A stretch of DNA of 64,000 nucleotides from the NCBI GenBank assembly GCA_951406725.2, contig OX597814.1, positions 99,634,001 through 99,698,000 of the forward strand, given 5' to 3'. Each line of letters opens with the position of its first letter. Position 1 is the stretch's first letter. Position numbers and translations under genes: made by a program. Shown piece by piece: positions 1-12,489 of this stretch. This DNA comes from Octopus vulgaris. Taxonomy: Eukaryota. Below the pieces are notes generated by a model. It did not search any database. It had not been told where the DNA came from and was given only the letters and a program-made list of their open reading frames with translations.

Positions 1-78
1 ATGTATATATATGTATGTGTATATATATGAATATATATATATATTCATATATATACACATATATATATATATATATAT

Positions 79-149
<71 letters not shown>

Positions 150-159
150 CTTGCATAAA

Positions 160-450
160 TATGCATATATGGGTACAGGACGTCACCAACAGTAAACAAC
201 ATGAAATTCGAAAACAAACGAAAAAAGAAACAAATGGAAAACAGGACAGGTAACGCAAAGAACGACCCTTCAACAGTTGTCGGCTATCTACTCCTCATTT
301 CGAGCATTGAACTGTAATATGAGTCTTCGAAGACAGTTGTTCCCATAAGTACCAAAGTAAAATTTAGGATTTGTCGAGGGTCACACTTGGGAACAAAACA
401 GGACAGTGGAGAGATACAAGGAAACCGAACGAAAACGAACATGGAGTAAT
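160..450. repeat. Interspersed repeat (possibly Penelope LTR-like), second copy at 63460-63760
   Basis: Shared atatgcatatatgggta.aggacgtcac, cgaccct.ca.cagtt.tcggct, tatctactcctcatttcgag, taaaatttaggattt. Confidence 0.8.
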
Positions 451-1409
451 GGAGTGTATTTGTTCGACTAAAATCCCTCCATGGTGGTGCTCTAGCATGG
501 CCGCACTCAAACACCCAAAACAACTGAAAGACTAAAAGAATATACTGCATTATTTTCCTTCTCTGGATTTATTCTGTATACTTCATTCTCCGTTCATCGT
601 TCTCAAGATTCCCGCCTCTATCTCTTAACCTTTTTACTTCGTTACCTTCCTTACTTTATAATCTGTCTCCCACTTTTTATCCCTTTCTCCGACTGACAAT
701 CTCTGTCTCTGATTACCTATTCGTATCTACATTAAATTGTTATTATTTTCCCCCACTTCCTTATCTACTCGAATACAGTTTATTCTGAGCTTCTCAAAAC
801 TCTCTTCTCTCTTCCTCTTCTTAATCTCTTTATCACTCTTTCTCCTCAGTTCAAGCCTCACTCGCTCTCTCACGCCTTCTCTCTCACTCTGACATCTCTA
901 CTTTTCATCTTTCTAATTTCCTTGTTAAATCGGTCAATCTCTCGTTTCAGGCCGTTTCCAAAGCTAAGAGAGAAAAGACGTCATCTAACACGCGATGTGG
1001 GACCCAGTTGCACCGTGGAAACTGACCAAAAGTTATTTTCATTATCTATACCGTTTCCCTTTCTTTCTCTCTTATTCCATTTCACTGCCTTATATCTCTC
1101 TCGCGCTCTCTCACCCTCTCTCTCCTTCACTTTCTCTCTCTGTGTTTCTCTCTCACTCTGCTCCCAGCATTTCGATCACACATTCACGCCAAAACATATA
1201 TTATTGTTTAAAGACATTCAATATATCTCTATAAATATATATGCATATATTCAAATCTCTCTCTCCTCTCTCTCTCTCCTCTCTCTCTTCTCTCTCTCTC
1301 TCTCTCCTCTCTCTCTTCTCTCTCTATCTATCTATCTGTAACTATATATGTGTGCAAACACATTTATAAATATACATACCTACATACATAGATACATGCT
1401 TACATACAT

Positions 1410-1543
<134 letters not shown>

Positions 1544-2644
1544 TAGCGTGTACGTCTATGCACGCGCGTGTGTATATACGTAGTGGGATTGTCTTTGTAT
1601 GCACGTAACTGTGTTTTGTATATGCGCATTATATATAGGTATATGTATGTATGCATGTATGTATGTATGTATGTATATATATATGTTTGTGTGTATATAT
1701 ACACAAGAATATACATATATAAATATATAATGCTTGTGACCATTTTCATTATCAAACTCCCCACCACTCACTATCACTATCCTTTCTACTTCCCCAACAT
1801 CACCACCATCCAAAACCACCACCACCACAACCACCAACACAGCCACCATCACACTGCCTGATGCTCCGCTTGTCTTGAAACTATGACTGACGAGGAATAA
1901 ACCCAAACATTATAACTGTCGCGATTGGGCAACCTGCCCATTAGTGTCATGTAATATCGTCCAAACATAGGATGCTACAGAACCTCAACGGCGTCAAATA
2001 CTCTCACCAAAACAAACGGGAGCAATGGTATCTGGCGTCGTTGGTTCCGCTGTAGACAATCTCAAATATCATTCAGAAACAATCATCTGTCAATTTTTCC
2101 TTCTTATTACTTCCTGATATTCCTTAATACGCTACAATCTTTCCTTTTTCTCTTCCGTCAGTTTTCTTTATGTTTATTCGGGTTTTTTTTTTCTTCTTTT
2201 GCTGTCTTTATTGCTAGAGGTCTACATTATACGTCGTTGTTGTTTCCAACCATCATTTTAATTTCAAGTATAAATAAGAAGACAACGTATTTCATTAGCA
2301 ATTCATTTAGTAGTCTATAATTATCTTTCTTCTTTATTTTTTTCTTTTATTTTCCTTATTCCGTTATTTAATCTATTTCTTTTATCCAGCCATCATTGTC
2401 TTTTTATTCTTAAAGTATTACTTTTCCCGCCCCACTTTCTTCTCCAAATCCTCTCTATTTTATTATGCATTTTTAAAAGTTCCTTCAAATGTACGTCCTT
2501 TATTTTTCTTACAATATAGTGGTAAAATGTATATTCAATTGTGCGATAACCTAACTGGTTCCATACCAGTATCCTCTTTATCATCGGTAAACACCATGTT
2601 CAACATCATCATCAACCAGTTGTTGTTGTTCTTGTTATTATTGT

Positions 2645-2799
2645 CTTCTTCTTCTTCTTCTTCTTCTTCTTCTTCTTCTTCTTCTTCTTCTTCTTCTTCT
2701 TCTTCTTCTTCTTCTTCTTCTCCTTCTTCTTCTTCTTCTTCTTCTTCTTCTTCTTCTTCTTCTTCTTCTTCTTCTTCTTCTTCTTCTTCTTCTTCTTCA
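2645..2799. repeat. (CTT)n microsatellite
   Basis: Read directly from the sequence. Confidence 0.98.
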
Positions 2800-3227
2800 T
2801 GCTTCCCCTGTTTCACTTTTAATATTGTATTCCTCATTCTAGTTGCACAAATAACCATCTCCCTTAAACCGTATTGCAATTTCGTTGAGATTTAATAAAA
2901 AAAAAAGATAATGTATTTCAGTGCCGCATGTCTGAAAATGTTGGTTTTTTGTCGGTTGGAGGTTCTCGCGTAATAGGATTGCTCATTCGGGCAGCACTGA
3001 GCTGGGACTAAACCCCTAAGAGAGAGTTTCTGATATTTCAATCATTGCTCTTCGTCAGAAAGGAAAACAGAAAATCCAAAGAAGTAAAATATCACCAGTA
3101 GCATGTGTGTCGTAACATTGGTGAAATGACCTGAAGTGGAATAAGAAAGAAAAATTCATTTTGGGGTACAGGAGACTGCGAAGATGGTTTGTGTCTTTCT
3201 GTTTATGTGTGTGATTTAAGTATATAT

Positions 3228-3544
3228 AGTCAATAAAAGGAAATGGAGAAGAAAAATTAAAAAGATGCTTGGTCCATATTATTTGTATTACAAATGAAAA
3301 AGTAATGCAATTAAATGATTGAGTAAAAACGGAACCGGAACAAGTATAACAGTAACAGCATCAACAAAATATTTTTGATATTTTGTTGATGCGGTCCCTT
3401 TTATACTAGTTCCGGTTCCTTTTATACTTGTTCTTATCGGTATATCTTTTCATCTTTTAACTTGCATCCCTTTTCCAATTGTAATACAAATAAAACAAAC
3501 GAAGCATCTTTTTAATTTTTCTTCTCCATTTTCTTTTATTGACT
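3228..3544. repeat. Long imperfect inverted repeat (foldback)
   Basis: Perfect 15-bp core gcatcaacaaaatat (3358-3372) / atattttgttgatgc (3378-3392); outer arms aaatggagaagaaaaattaaaaagatgctt / aagcatctttttaatttttcttctccattt. Confidence 0.9.
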
Positions 3545-3680
3545 TTTTAATTTTATGAGTCTGTTTATACATATATATATATATTGAGGAACATTCTATC
3601 AATATATTTGTTTAAACTCAGTTGGCATCTGGTTTGTTTTTAACAATCCCTTACGCGGATACTGTTTCCTCAAATTTTGA

Positions 3681-3743
<63 letters not shown>

Positions 3744-4356
3744 GTGACTTATCAGCAGTTTAACAACCTAAAGCCAAATGTATAGAAGTCACTCTGGTTA
3801 TTGAGTCGTGTTGACACTTATTTCTCGCAAAGCTGGTACTACTTAGTACACTTTGTCACTTTAGTGACGTCTATATACATATTGCTGACGTCATAAAAAT
3901 TTAGAAATTTCTAGAGAAAATGATATAATTATTTCAAAACGGGGAAACCCGAAGCAGCTAAAATTATAAATAATAGCATGTAAATATTGGGTTAAAGTAT
4001 GATTTAGATAGATGGGGTCGAATGTAGTCCGTGGGACTCGAACTCACGTTTTCTGTAAACGTCATACACGTTCTACCTCTGAATGAAAGTAGCACATCCA
4101 GTTGTTCTGTTCATTTTAGAAACGTTATGCATACCAACAAGTATTGCATGTTGTTGACGTCATAAGGATTTAGAAACTTCGATACCCAAAAAGTAATTAT
4201 TTTTTGTTCTAGAAGGGTGAATCACAAAGACGTTAAAACCATAAATGATGCACTTATATTATATATTATGTTATACTATAAGCATTATGATATATTAATA
4301 GACATTAATAGACATTATGTTATACTATAAGTATGGTGTTATATTAATAGACGTTT

Positions 4357-4774
4357 AAGGCGGAGAGCTGGCAGAATCGTTTGCACGCCGGGCGAAATGC
4401 TGAGCGGTATTTCGTCTGCCACTACGTTCTGAGTTCAAATTCCGCCGAGGTCGACTTTGCCTTTCATTCTTTCGGAGTCGATTAAATAAGTACCAATTAC
4501 GCACTGTGTTCGATGTAATCGACTTAATCCCTTTGTCTATCCTTGTTTGTCCCCTCTATGTTTAGCCCCTTGTGGATAATAAAGAAACAGGTATTTCGTC
4601 TGCCACTACATTCTGAGTTCAAACTCCGCCGAGGTCGACTTTGCCTTTCATCCTTTCGGGGTCGATTAAATAAGTACCAATTACGCACTGGGTTCGATGT
4701 AATTCGACTTAATCCGTTTGTCTGTCCTTGTTTGTCCCCTCTATGTTTAGCCCCTTGTGGGCAATAAAGAAATT
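4357..4774 (+). mobile_element. tRNA-derived SINE family A with a tandem duplication of its 3' ~184 bp
   Basis: Head aaggcggagagctggcagaatcg with B-box-like gagttcaaattcc; core gtcgactttgcctttcatcctttcggggtcgat (Meta-domain-like, from memory); unit repeated at 4406 and 4590; TSD-like tatattaatagac at 4340 and 4777. Confidence 0.85.
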
Positions 4775-6799
4775 AATATATTAATAGACATTATCAGTTG
4801 CTTGACCTTAACCACTTGTGCATGTCCCTTAATGGCTGACAATATATACATCTCTGATGATGAGCAGTTGTGGGGGAGCATCATAGAAGTAGTTTAGAAG
4901 GTTTCTTTGGGGGTTTGAACAATATAACAAAAGCAAGGTAAGCAAGTAGGAAATAACAATTGCTGCCCACGGACAAAAATCGTGTTACACCATATAATTT
5001 GTTTAAGCCATGAATTCCATGGCCATGTAAAGGAGGAAGCAGAGATCCCTCTCAGAATGGTGCATTTAAAGTTAACTCACTTTCAAAAGAGAAGCCAAGA
5101 CTTGTGATTCTGTGATATGTTCTTAGGGAAGCTATTTCTTTTTAAGATGCTCTGCTCCGCTCAGTAGAAGATGAATAACATCAACACCACAGCTGGAGAT
5201 CTGTGACATCTTGGCCACAGTATATGCTCCTATGCTCCGGTCTGATGATCCTTTATACACGCACATACATAAAAACACATGTATGTATTTAGAAGTATGA
5301 ATAACGCCACTTAAACTTGAAATTTGTCTTTATTCTTTTTCTATCCACAGTCCACAGATACATCATTGCTATGGAAGATTGCCAAACTGATTTCCACCCA
5401 CTGATGTAAATTGAAAGCCGCTTCCCTCATAGTTTCACCAATAATCGTCAAGAGAGCTTTCATAAAAAAAAAAACAATTAATCGATTTTCTAGCAATTTT
5501 TATTCATCGATACTTGGCAGTCGTTTTAACTGTCTATTGGTGAATTCAGTGATCTGAGGTATTGGTTAGCATGGCGTTCCAGACAAATTAGTAAACCGAA
5601 GCATATGGTTCCTCCAACAGTTTTTTTATACTATAGCCACGATTGGTTTAGGAGAGCTCAGTTTGGTCAATATTCTCGCAGACGCTCAGAGTTGTATATC
5701 TACAAATGATATTTTTGGGATATTTTATTGAGATCGTAGAACCTTGTTTCAGGCAACTACTTCCGTTTCTTTATGCGATGGCATCTAACTCCTCCAGATT
5801 CAGGATGTTTTATTTTCCGTAATTTGCTCAGACTTCGTGATGTTAATTTTATGCGCTTATTGAGCATAATGTATAGCATCGTAGAAACTTCAAATCCCAT
5901 ACATTTGTAATTATTTTTTGCATCAATGTACTACCTTATAGCTTTACTAATAGCAATACATAAATAAAGAGAAACGAACAGTGTCATCACTTTTGTATAA
6001 CGCTATCATTGACTTGGAACCATTTTTTCTTTCATGATCGTTGTCACTTTTTTAACACGTTATTAAAATTGTAGCTTTAAAATTAGGAAAAAACAATTTA
6101 GATCACTCTCCCCTTGAAACGATATAAAAATAAAACATACAACAGGTTTTTCATGTAGAAATCTATTACATTCCATTTTTCTCTTGCTTAATAGCAACGC
6201 AGATGTAATCAGATACAATATCGCCATTCCTGTCCACATGACAATAGATTCTTGCAGTTATTTATTTCTTTTAATATTCTGAACATTGTCTTTTCCTTTC
6301 GGATTTTTAAAAACATATTCTTATCCTGTATTTAAGTTGTAATTGTGTATCTCTAACTCTGTTGTAATTTCCTGCAATTTTTTTTACAACTCTGCAGATG
6401 TATCTTTTAAAACAAGATGTTTCATTCCAATGAGACCTTAGTTATCCTCACAAATTAATGAGAAAATATTTCGTGTAATCTTTTATTTATTTATTCTCAA
6501 TGCGGACATTTCTATACTCATATAATTACTTTCGACTGTTGTTTTCCGTACACATTGAACAGATGAGCATAAAAGAATATGTATGCTTACTCTGTATATT
6601 CATGCCGCAAGATTCTTCTGTATATAAGATTTATATTTCTCAGAGCATCCATAGGATATTTTTAATGAGAATTTCTCTTCAATTTTCAAGCCACTTATTT
6701 AAAATTCAAATGTCTTTTGAATTCAATAAATCTAGAGCAAATAGATTGCTCTGAACTTGTGATCAGTGTATTTTCGATTTCAGTATGACCATTGATGTA

Positions 6800-7120
6800 A
6801 GGCATTGAGCTGGCAGAATCGTTTGTACGCCGAGCAATATGCTTAGTGGCATTTTGTCTATGTTTACGTTCTGGGTTAAAATGCCGCTGGTGTTGACTTC
6901 GCCTTTCATTAATTCGGTGGGGAGGGTAATAAAATAAGTACCAGTTGAGTACTAGGGTCGATGTAAGCGACTGGCAATACTTCATTAAAATTACCGGTTT
7001 TGTAAATATAGTAGAAAGAATATTGTTTTCAAATTTTAGCAAAAGACCAGAAATTTGGGGGCTGGTGTTAAGTTCGTCTGGTATTTATTTTATCAACCCC
7101 GAAAATATGAAAAGTGTAAT
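6800..7120 (+). mobile_element. Diverged SINE family A copy followed by an inverted partial copy
   Basis: gagctggcagaatcgtttgtacgccg...gcctttcatt...aagtaccagttgagtactagggtcgatgtaa. Confidence 0.7.
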
Positions 7121-8841
7121 GGAGAGCAGATATCGACACCCATTCATACCACTCATCATTGGCTCACATATATCCAATATGAGCAAAGAAGATTAAGATA
7201 GGGTTGCACAAGCATGCAGCCAGGCCTCATTGCAGTTGAGGAGGCGTAAAATGAAATGGTTTGCTCCAGGAGAGCAATTGAAGGAGGAATTGAACTACAG
7301 TTATGACTCGAACATCCCAGACCACAAGGCCATGCAGCTTTCATTAAAACTTCCAGAACACTATCTTCTGTTGAAACCACCTATTCAGAGATTAATGTGA
7401 CTTGTATCCCATTTCCAACACTCTTGGTTCTCATATTAATTCTGTTTGGGATTAGATAAGAATGGGCGTAAATGTTTATTTGTGTGGGGTCTAATAAGGT
7501 AACTAGCACTGGTTTTCTCTTCATAAAATACGGCACATGTTTATGGATTGTTTTGTCATCAAACCAGATAACCTTAGCCACAGAGGGTAAAGAGATGAGT
7601 ATCTGTACATGCAAAGCCTACATGATTCATAGAAATCATCAGCACAAATAAATCTATCGGATGAGAGACAGTTTTGTTTTATGTCCTTTAATATAGTTTA
7701 TTTTGTTTTTATTCACAACAGATAAATGAACGATGTGTGGAGCGCTGAACAACTTTATAGATAGGGTGACAGAAGGAGTTAGTGAGAGGTGAGAAAAGGA
7801 GGAAGATGGAAAGTGTGAGGGAGTGAGTAAAAAATAAGGGAAGTGGGAGTGATATTAGTGAGAGAAGCAAATAATTGAAATTGAAGGCATCAGGACGAAG
7901 TGAAACACACACACACATACAAGCACAAACACACACATATACAAGCACACACACACCAGACACACAAGTACACACATATACACACAGGGGAGACGCGGTT
8001 CGGAGCGAAAGAGAAAAGGAGAGAGAAAGGGATTAAATAATAAGGTAGAAGTAAGAAGTAATGAATACAAAAGTTATTATGATATACATATATACATCCA
8101 TGTATGTGTATCTGTGTGTGTGTATGTAAATATGTACACAGACACGCGCAAACACACACACACACACATATATATATATATGTATATATATGTATATATG
8201 TACGTATATAGTGAGAAATAATGTGTGTGTGTATGTGTGTGTGTCTTCTCTTGAATGAAATAAAGAAAGAAAGTGACACTGAAGAATGCATGTGGGCTAG
8301 AAAACAAGCGAGAAAAGGAGAGAGAAAGCGAGAGAAAGCAAGAGAGATGTTAGACTTACAGAGACAGACGCACAGACAGACAGACTTGAACGAAGGCGAA
8401 AATTAGGCAAAATAAAAGAAATTGAGCAAGTAATAGAAATACACGTTTCGTTGCCCTCTAAAGAGCAGGTTAGTGACAGCGGAATGCTGGGACACAGAGG
8501 AAAGAAGGCAGGCAATGAAACTGCAGGAGCTTTTATTTAAACAAACAAATGAAAAATATTCTAAATGATGCCTTTTATTGGTTGGATGTAGTGGGATGAT
8601 GTAACGAAACAGGTTAAATTAATCTGGCCCAGTTTTGTACAAGGTGCCTCATTCGGACAAACACCGGTCAACCTAGCGATCAATCGCCTCCCCTCCCCCT
8701 CCCGGTATCTCGAGGATTAAATGAGAGGAAGCTGTGTGAGATTATTAACGAATAAAACCGAAAGTGATTTATTACACTTCTATTGATTACCATCATTGCC
8801 TACTTCATCCACACCAACTATCACCGCCTCCTCAACACCGT

Positions 8842-8936
8842 CCACCACCACCACCACCACCACCACCACCACCACCACCACCACCACCACCACCACCACC
8901 GCCACCACCACCACTACCAACACCGCCGCCACCGCC
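8842..8936. repeat. (CCA)n microsatellite
   Basis: Read directly from the sequence. Confidence 0.95.
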
Positions 8937-9297
8937 AATCCACTATAACAACCGCTACCTCCACTGTAGTAAAAGCACCGTCATTGCTAATAAGGTCGCT
9001 CTTCAACATGAAATGACATCGGCGCTTGTAGCTTCAGCTACAACCGAAAATTTCACTACCACCATCCACCACCAACCACATTACAGCCGCCGCCGCCACC
9101 ACCACCACCACCACAAGTACTTCCTCCATCACTACCACCACCATCATTGTTATCACCGGCGCCACTGTCTTCTCAGCAGCATGGCCCTCAGGAAAAGCAT
9201 CAACTGAAACGTCCACCACTAGCGCTAATCGCCCACCATCACTTGCAGTCAGTGTTCAGTTACGGCATTTTAGCAACTATTTTCCCTGCCAACACTA

Positions 9298-9367
<70 letters not shown>

Positions 9368-9474
9368 ACTGCCACTAATACTACTAATAGTAGTAGTAAT
9401 AGTAATATTTTCATTTATTTGCCACAATGACGTAGGATGAGGGGAAAATACAGACAAACATAAAGTGTGGGGAG

Positions 9475-9645
9475 CCATTTTGGGGAAAGTAATGAATCAA
9501 TTACATCGACCCTAGTGTTTAACTGGTACTTATTTTATGGACCCCTAAAGGATGATCGGTGAAATTTGAGCTCAAGACATAGCGACGGTCAAAACACCGC
9601 TAAGCATTTCGTTCAGCATGCAAACGATTCTGTCAGCTCGCCGCT

Positions 9646-9647
<2 letters not shown>
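9475..9647 (-). mobile_element. Diverged SINE family A copy
   Basis: attacatcgaccc...ctggtacttatttt...aacgattctgtcagctcgccgcttt. Confidence 0.75.
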
Positions 9648-9687
<40 letters not shown>

Positions 9688-9688
9688 T

Positions 9689-11879
9689 CTAACAGGAATG
9701 CACAAAAAGCTGGCTGAAAACTTTAACAACATACTAGCAGAGCCAGAGACAATGCCTGAATGGCTCACGAAGGGGAAAACCATCTTAATTCCTAAATAAA
9801 ATGAGACAGCAAAACCAGAAAACTACAGACCAATAACCTGTCTCCCTACAATGTACAAGGCATTTACTGCAGTGATATCGCAATGGTTGAACAAGCACCT
9901 GGACGAAAACAACCTCTTTCAAGAAGAGCAGAAAGGATGCCGCAAAGGGTCATATGGCTGTAAAGATCAACTAATGATTTATAAAGCCACAACTGAAGAC
10001 AGCCACAGAAAGAAGAAAGGCCTTAGTATGGCCTGGATCGACTACAAAAAGGCGTTTGATAGATTCCCCGACACATGGATCCTCGAAACACTAGCCATTA
10101 ACAAAGTAGCACCAACAATTATAAAATTCATAGGGCACTCTATGAATAAATGGCAAACAGTGCTACAGCTCCAAATAAAAGAAGGACTCATGAAAACCAA
10201 AGCCATCCCCATTAGAAGAGGAATATTCCAGGGAGACACGCTCTCTCCACTCCTTTTCTGCTTGGCACTGTCACCTCTATCTGATATGCTAAATAGAACT
10301 GGATGCGGATATAAATGTTACGGCAAAACGATCAGCCACCTTTTATATATGGATGACCTAAAACAATACGCTGCAAATGACAAACAGCTGGAAACACTAT
10401 TAAAGACAGTTCGTGGATTTACCAAAGAAACAGATATGAAATTTGGATTAGAAAAATGCGCCAAAGTAACCCTGAAAACAGGAAAACTAGTTAAGAGTAG
10501 CAACATCACACTAGATAAAACCAATGAAATAAAAGAATTAGACCAAAGCCAAACTTACAAATACTTAGTAATCAATGAACTAGATAAGACACAACACACA
10601 CAAATGAAAGAGAAAATAAAAAAAGAATATTATAGACGAGTTAGATCAATACTAAAAACAGAGTTTAATGCTAAAAACAAGATAATAGGTATTAACACTT
10701 TAGCTGTCCCAGTTATAAGTTACAGCTACAATATCCTTAACTGGACACTAAATGAACTGACCAAAATAGATAGGAAAACAAGAAAAATACTGACAGGATC
10801 TAGGATGCATCACCCAAAATCTGACATAGAAAGACTATATATACAACGTATAGAAGGTGGTAGAGGCCTTATACAGCTGGAAAACTACTATAAAATAACC
10901 ACCATAGGACTGCAAAAATATCTACTTCAGAAGGAAGGAAAACTGATCCAAATAGCGGCAAAACACGAGTAAAACAAGAAGAAGAAGAAGAAGAAGAAGA
11001 AGAAGAAGAAGAAGAAGAAGAAGAAGAAGAAGAAGAAGAAGAAACAACAAAAGCTATAAAACAAATGAAATCCAAACTAAAAATAGAACAGCAACGAACC
11101 ATGATAAAACGATGGCAAGAAAAGCCCCTTCATGGTAAATACTGGACTAAACTAAACGCAAAAGAAATAGACAAAGAAAAATCCCAGCAATGGTTGAGAA
11201 GCTCTGGACTCAAAGCAGAGACAAAGGGATTTTTAATTGCAGCACAAGACCAAAGCCTCCCCACCAGAAATTACCAAAAATATGTAATGAAAAGAAATAT
11301 AACAAGTAACTGCAGGATATGTGGAGATGAGCAAGAAACAATAAATCATATTATCTCTGGCTGCCCAGTCCTGGCTAAGAAGGAATATATTCACAGACAT
11401 GACAGAGTTGGAACCTACATACACTGGAAGCTATGCCAACATTATGGAATAACAACAGAAAAAAGATGGTATAGGCACACACCAGAAAAGGTCACAGAAA
11501 ACGAGAAAGCAACCATACTCTGGGATATGCCGATACACACAGATAGAGAAATTAAGGCCAACAGACCAGATATAGTTGTCAGAGAAAATGAAGAAAAAAA
11601 TGCTTTCTAATTGATGTATCAATACCGGCAGATGACAACGTGTCTCTAAAAGAAATGGAGAAACTTTCAAAATACAAAGACCTGGAAATAGAGGTAACCA
11701 GAATGTGGAATCTAAAAACAGAAACAATTCCTATCATAGTAGGTGCATTAGGCATGATAAAAAAATATTCAGACAAATACATATCAAAAACACCAGGACT
11801 TACAAACACATATAACATACAGAAAATTGCACTACTAGGCACTGCACACATCCTACGCAGAACACTTTCCATACAATAA
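9689..11879 (+). pseudogene. RT + restriction-like endonuclease ORF, disrupted (stop near 9797, stop at 10970-10972 plus (GAA)n frame change, frameshift near 11595)
   Basis: NYRPITCL, WIDYKKAFD, GIFQGDTLSPLLF, HLLYMDDLK, GGRGL, CRICGDEQETINHIISGC, RHD, NRPDIVV, EKLSKYKDL, IIVGALG. Confidence 0.92.
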
Positions 11880-11973
11880 CCATCAGAGCATCACAACAAA
11901 TCACAGCACATACCTAAGGCACACAGAGCTGCGCTCGGTAGTGAAGTGAAAGCACGCTATAAAAATAAAACTA

Positions 11974-11977
<4 letters not shown>
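9689..11977 (+). mobile_element. 5'-truncated R4/Dong-type RLE non-LTR retrotransposon inserted in (TAA)n
   Basis: RT followed by CCHC and a PD-(D/E)xK-type RLE, short 3'UTR; (TAA)n at 9648-9688 and 11978-12009. Dong elements are known to target TAA repeats. Confidence 0.9.
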
Positions 11978-12009
<32 letters not shown>

Positions 12010-12460
12010 CTTTTCTGCTATATGCACAAGGCCTGAGATTTAGGGAAAAGGGACAAGTCGATTACATCGACCACAGTGTGTCACTGGTACTTAATTTATC
12101 GACCCCGAAAGGATGAAAGGCGAAGTCGAATTTGAACCCAGAACTTAGCGACGGACGAAATACCTATTTCTTTATTACCCACAAGGGGCTAAACACAGAG
12201 GGAACAAACAAGGACAGACATAGGTATTAAGTCGATTACATCGACCCCAGTTCGTAACTGGTACTTAATCTATCGACCCCGAAAGGACGAAAGGCAAAGT
12301 CGACCTCGGCGGAATTTGAACTCACAACGTAACGCAGACGAAATACCGCTAAGCATTTCGCCCGGCGTGCTAACGTTTCTGCCAGCTTGCCGACGGACGA
12401 AATACCGCTAAGCATTTTATCTAGCATGCTAATGATTCTGCCAAGCTTGTCGTCTTTATA
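12010..12460 (-). mobile_element. Cluster of nested or tandem SINE family A copies
   Basis: Reverse-complement matches to the family A core twice and the head twice; both tail types are present. Confidence 0.85.
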
Positions 12461-12489
12461 GTAATAATCATAATATTTTCAGTACTTCC

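Noticed and set aside
2527-2895. Poly-S/E/K ORFs
   Set aside because: Produced by the (CTT)n microsatellite.
2978-3000. gctcattcgggcagcac resembling the U6 snRNA 5' end
   Set aside because: Similarity is short and does not continue to the ACAGAGA box.
5350-6790. Possible minus-strand Penelope RT relic
   Set aside because: Coding-like strand skew, but no motif could be read convincingly; needs blastx.
8764-9440. Poly-Pro/His/Leu ORFs resembling formin or His-rich proteins
   Set aside because: (CCA)n and (CTA)n repeats; no domain or splice support.
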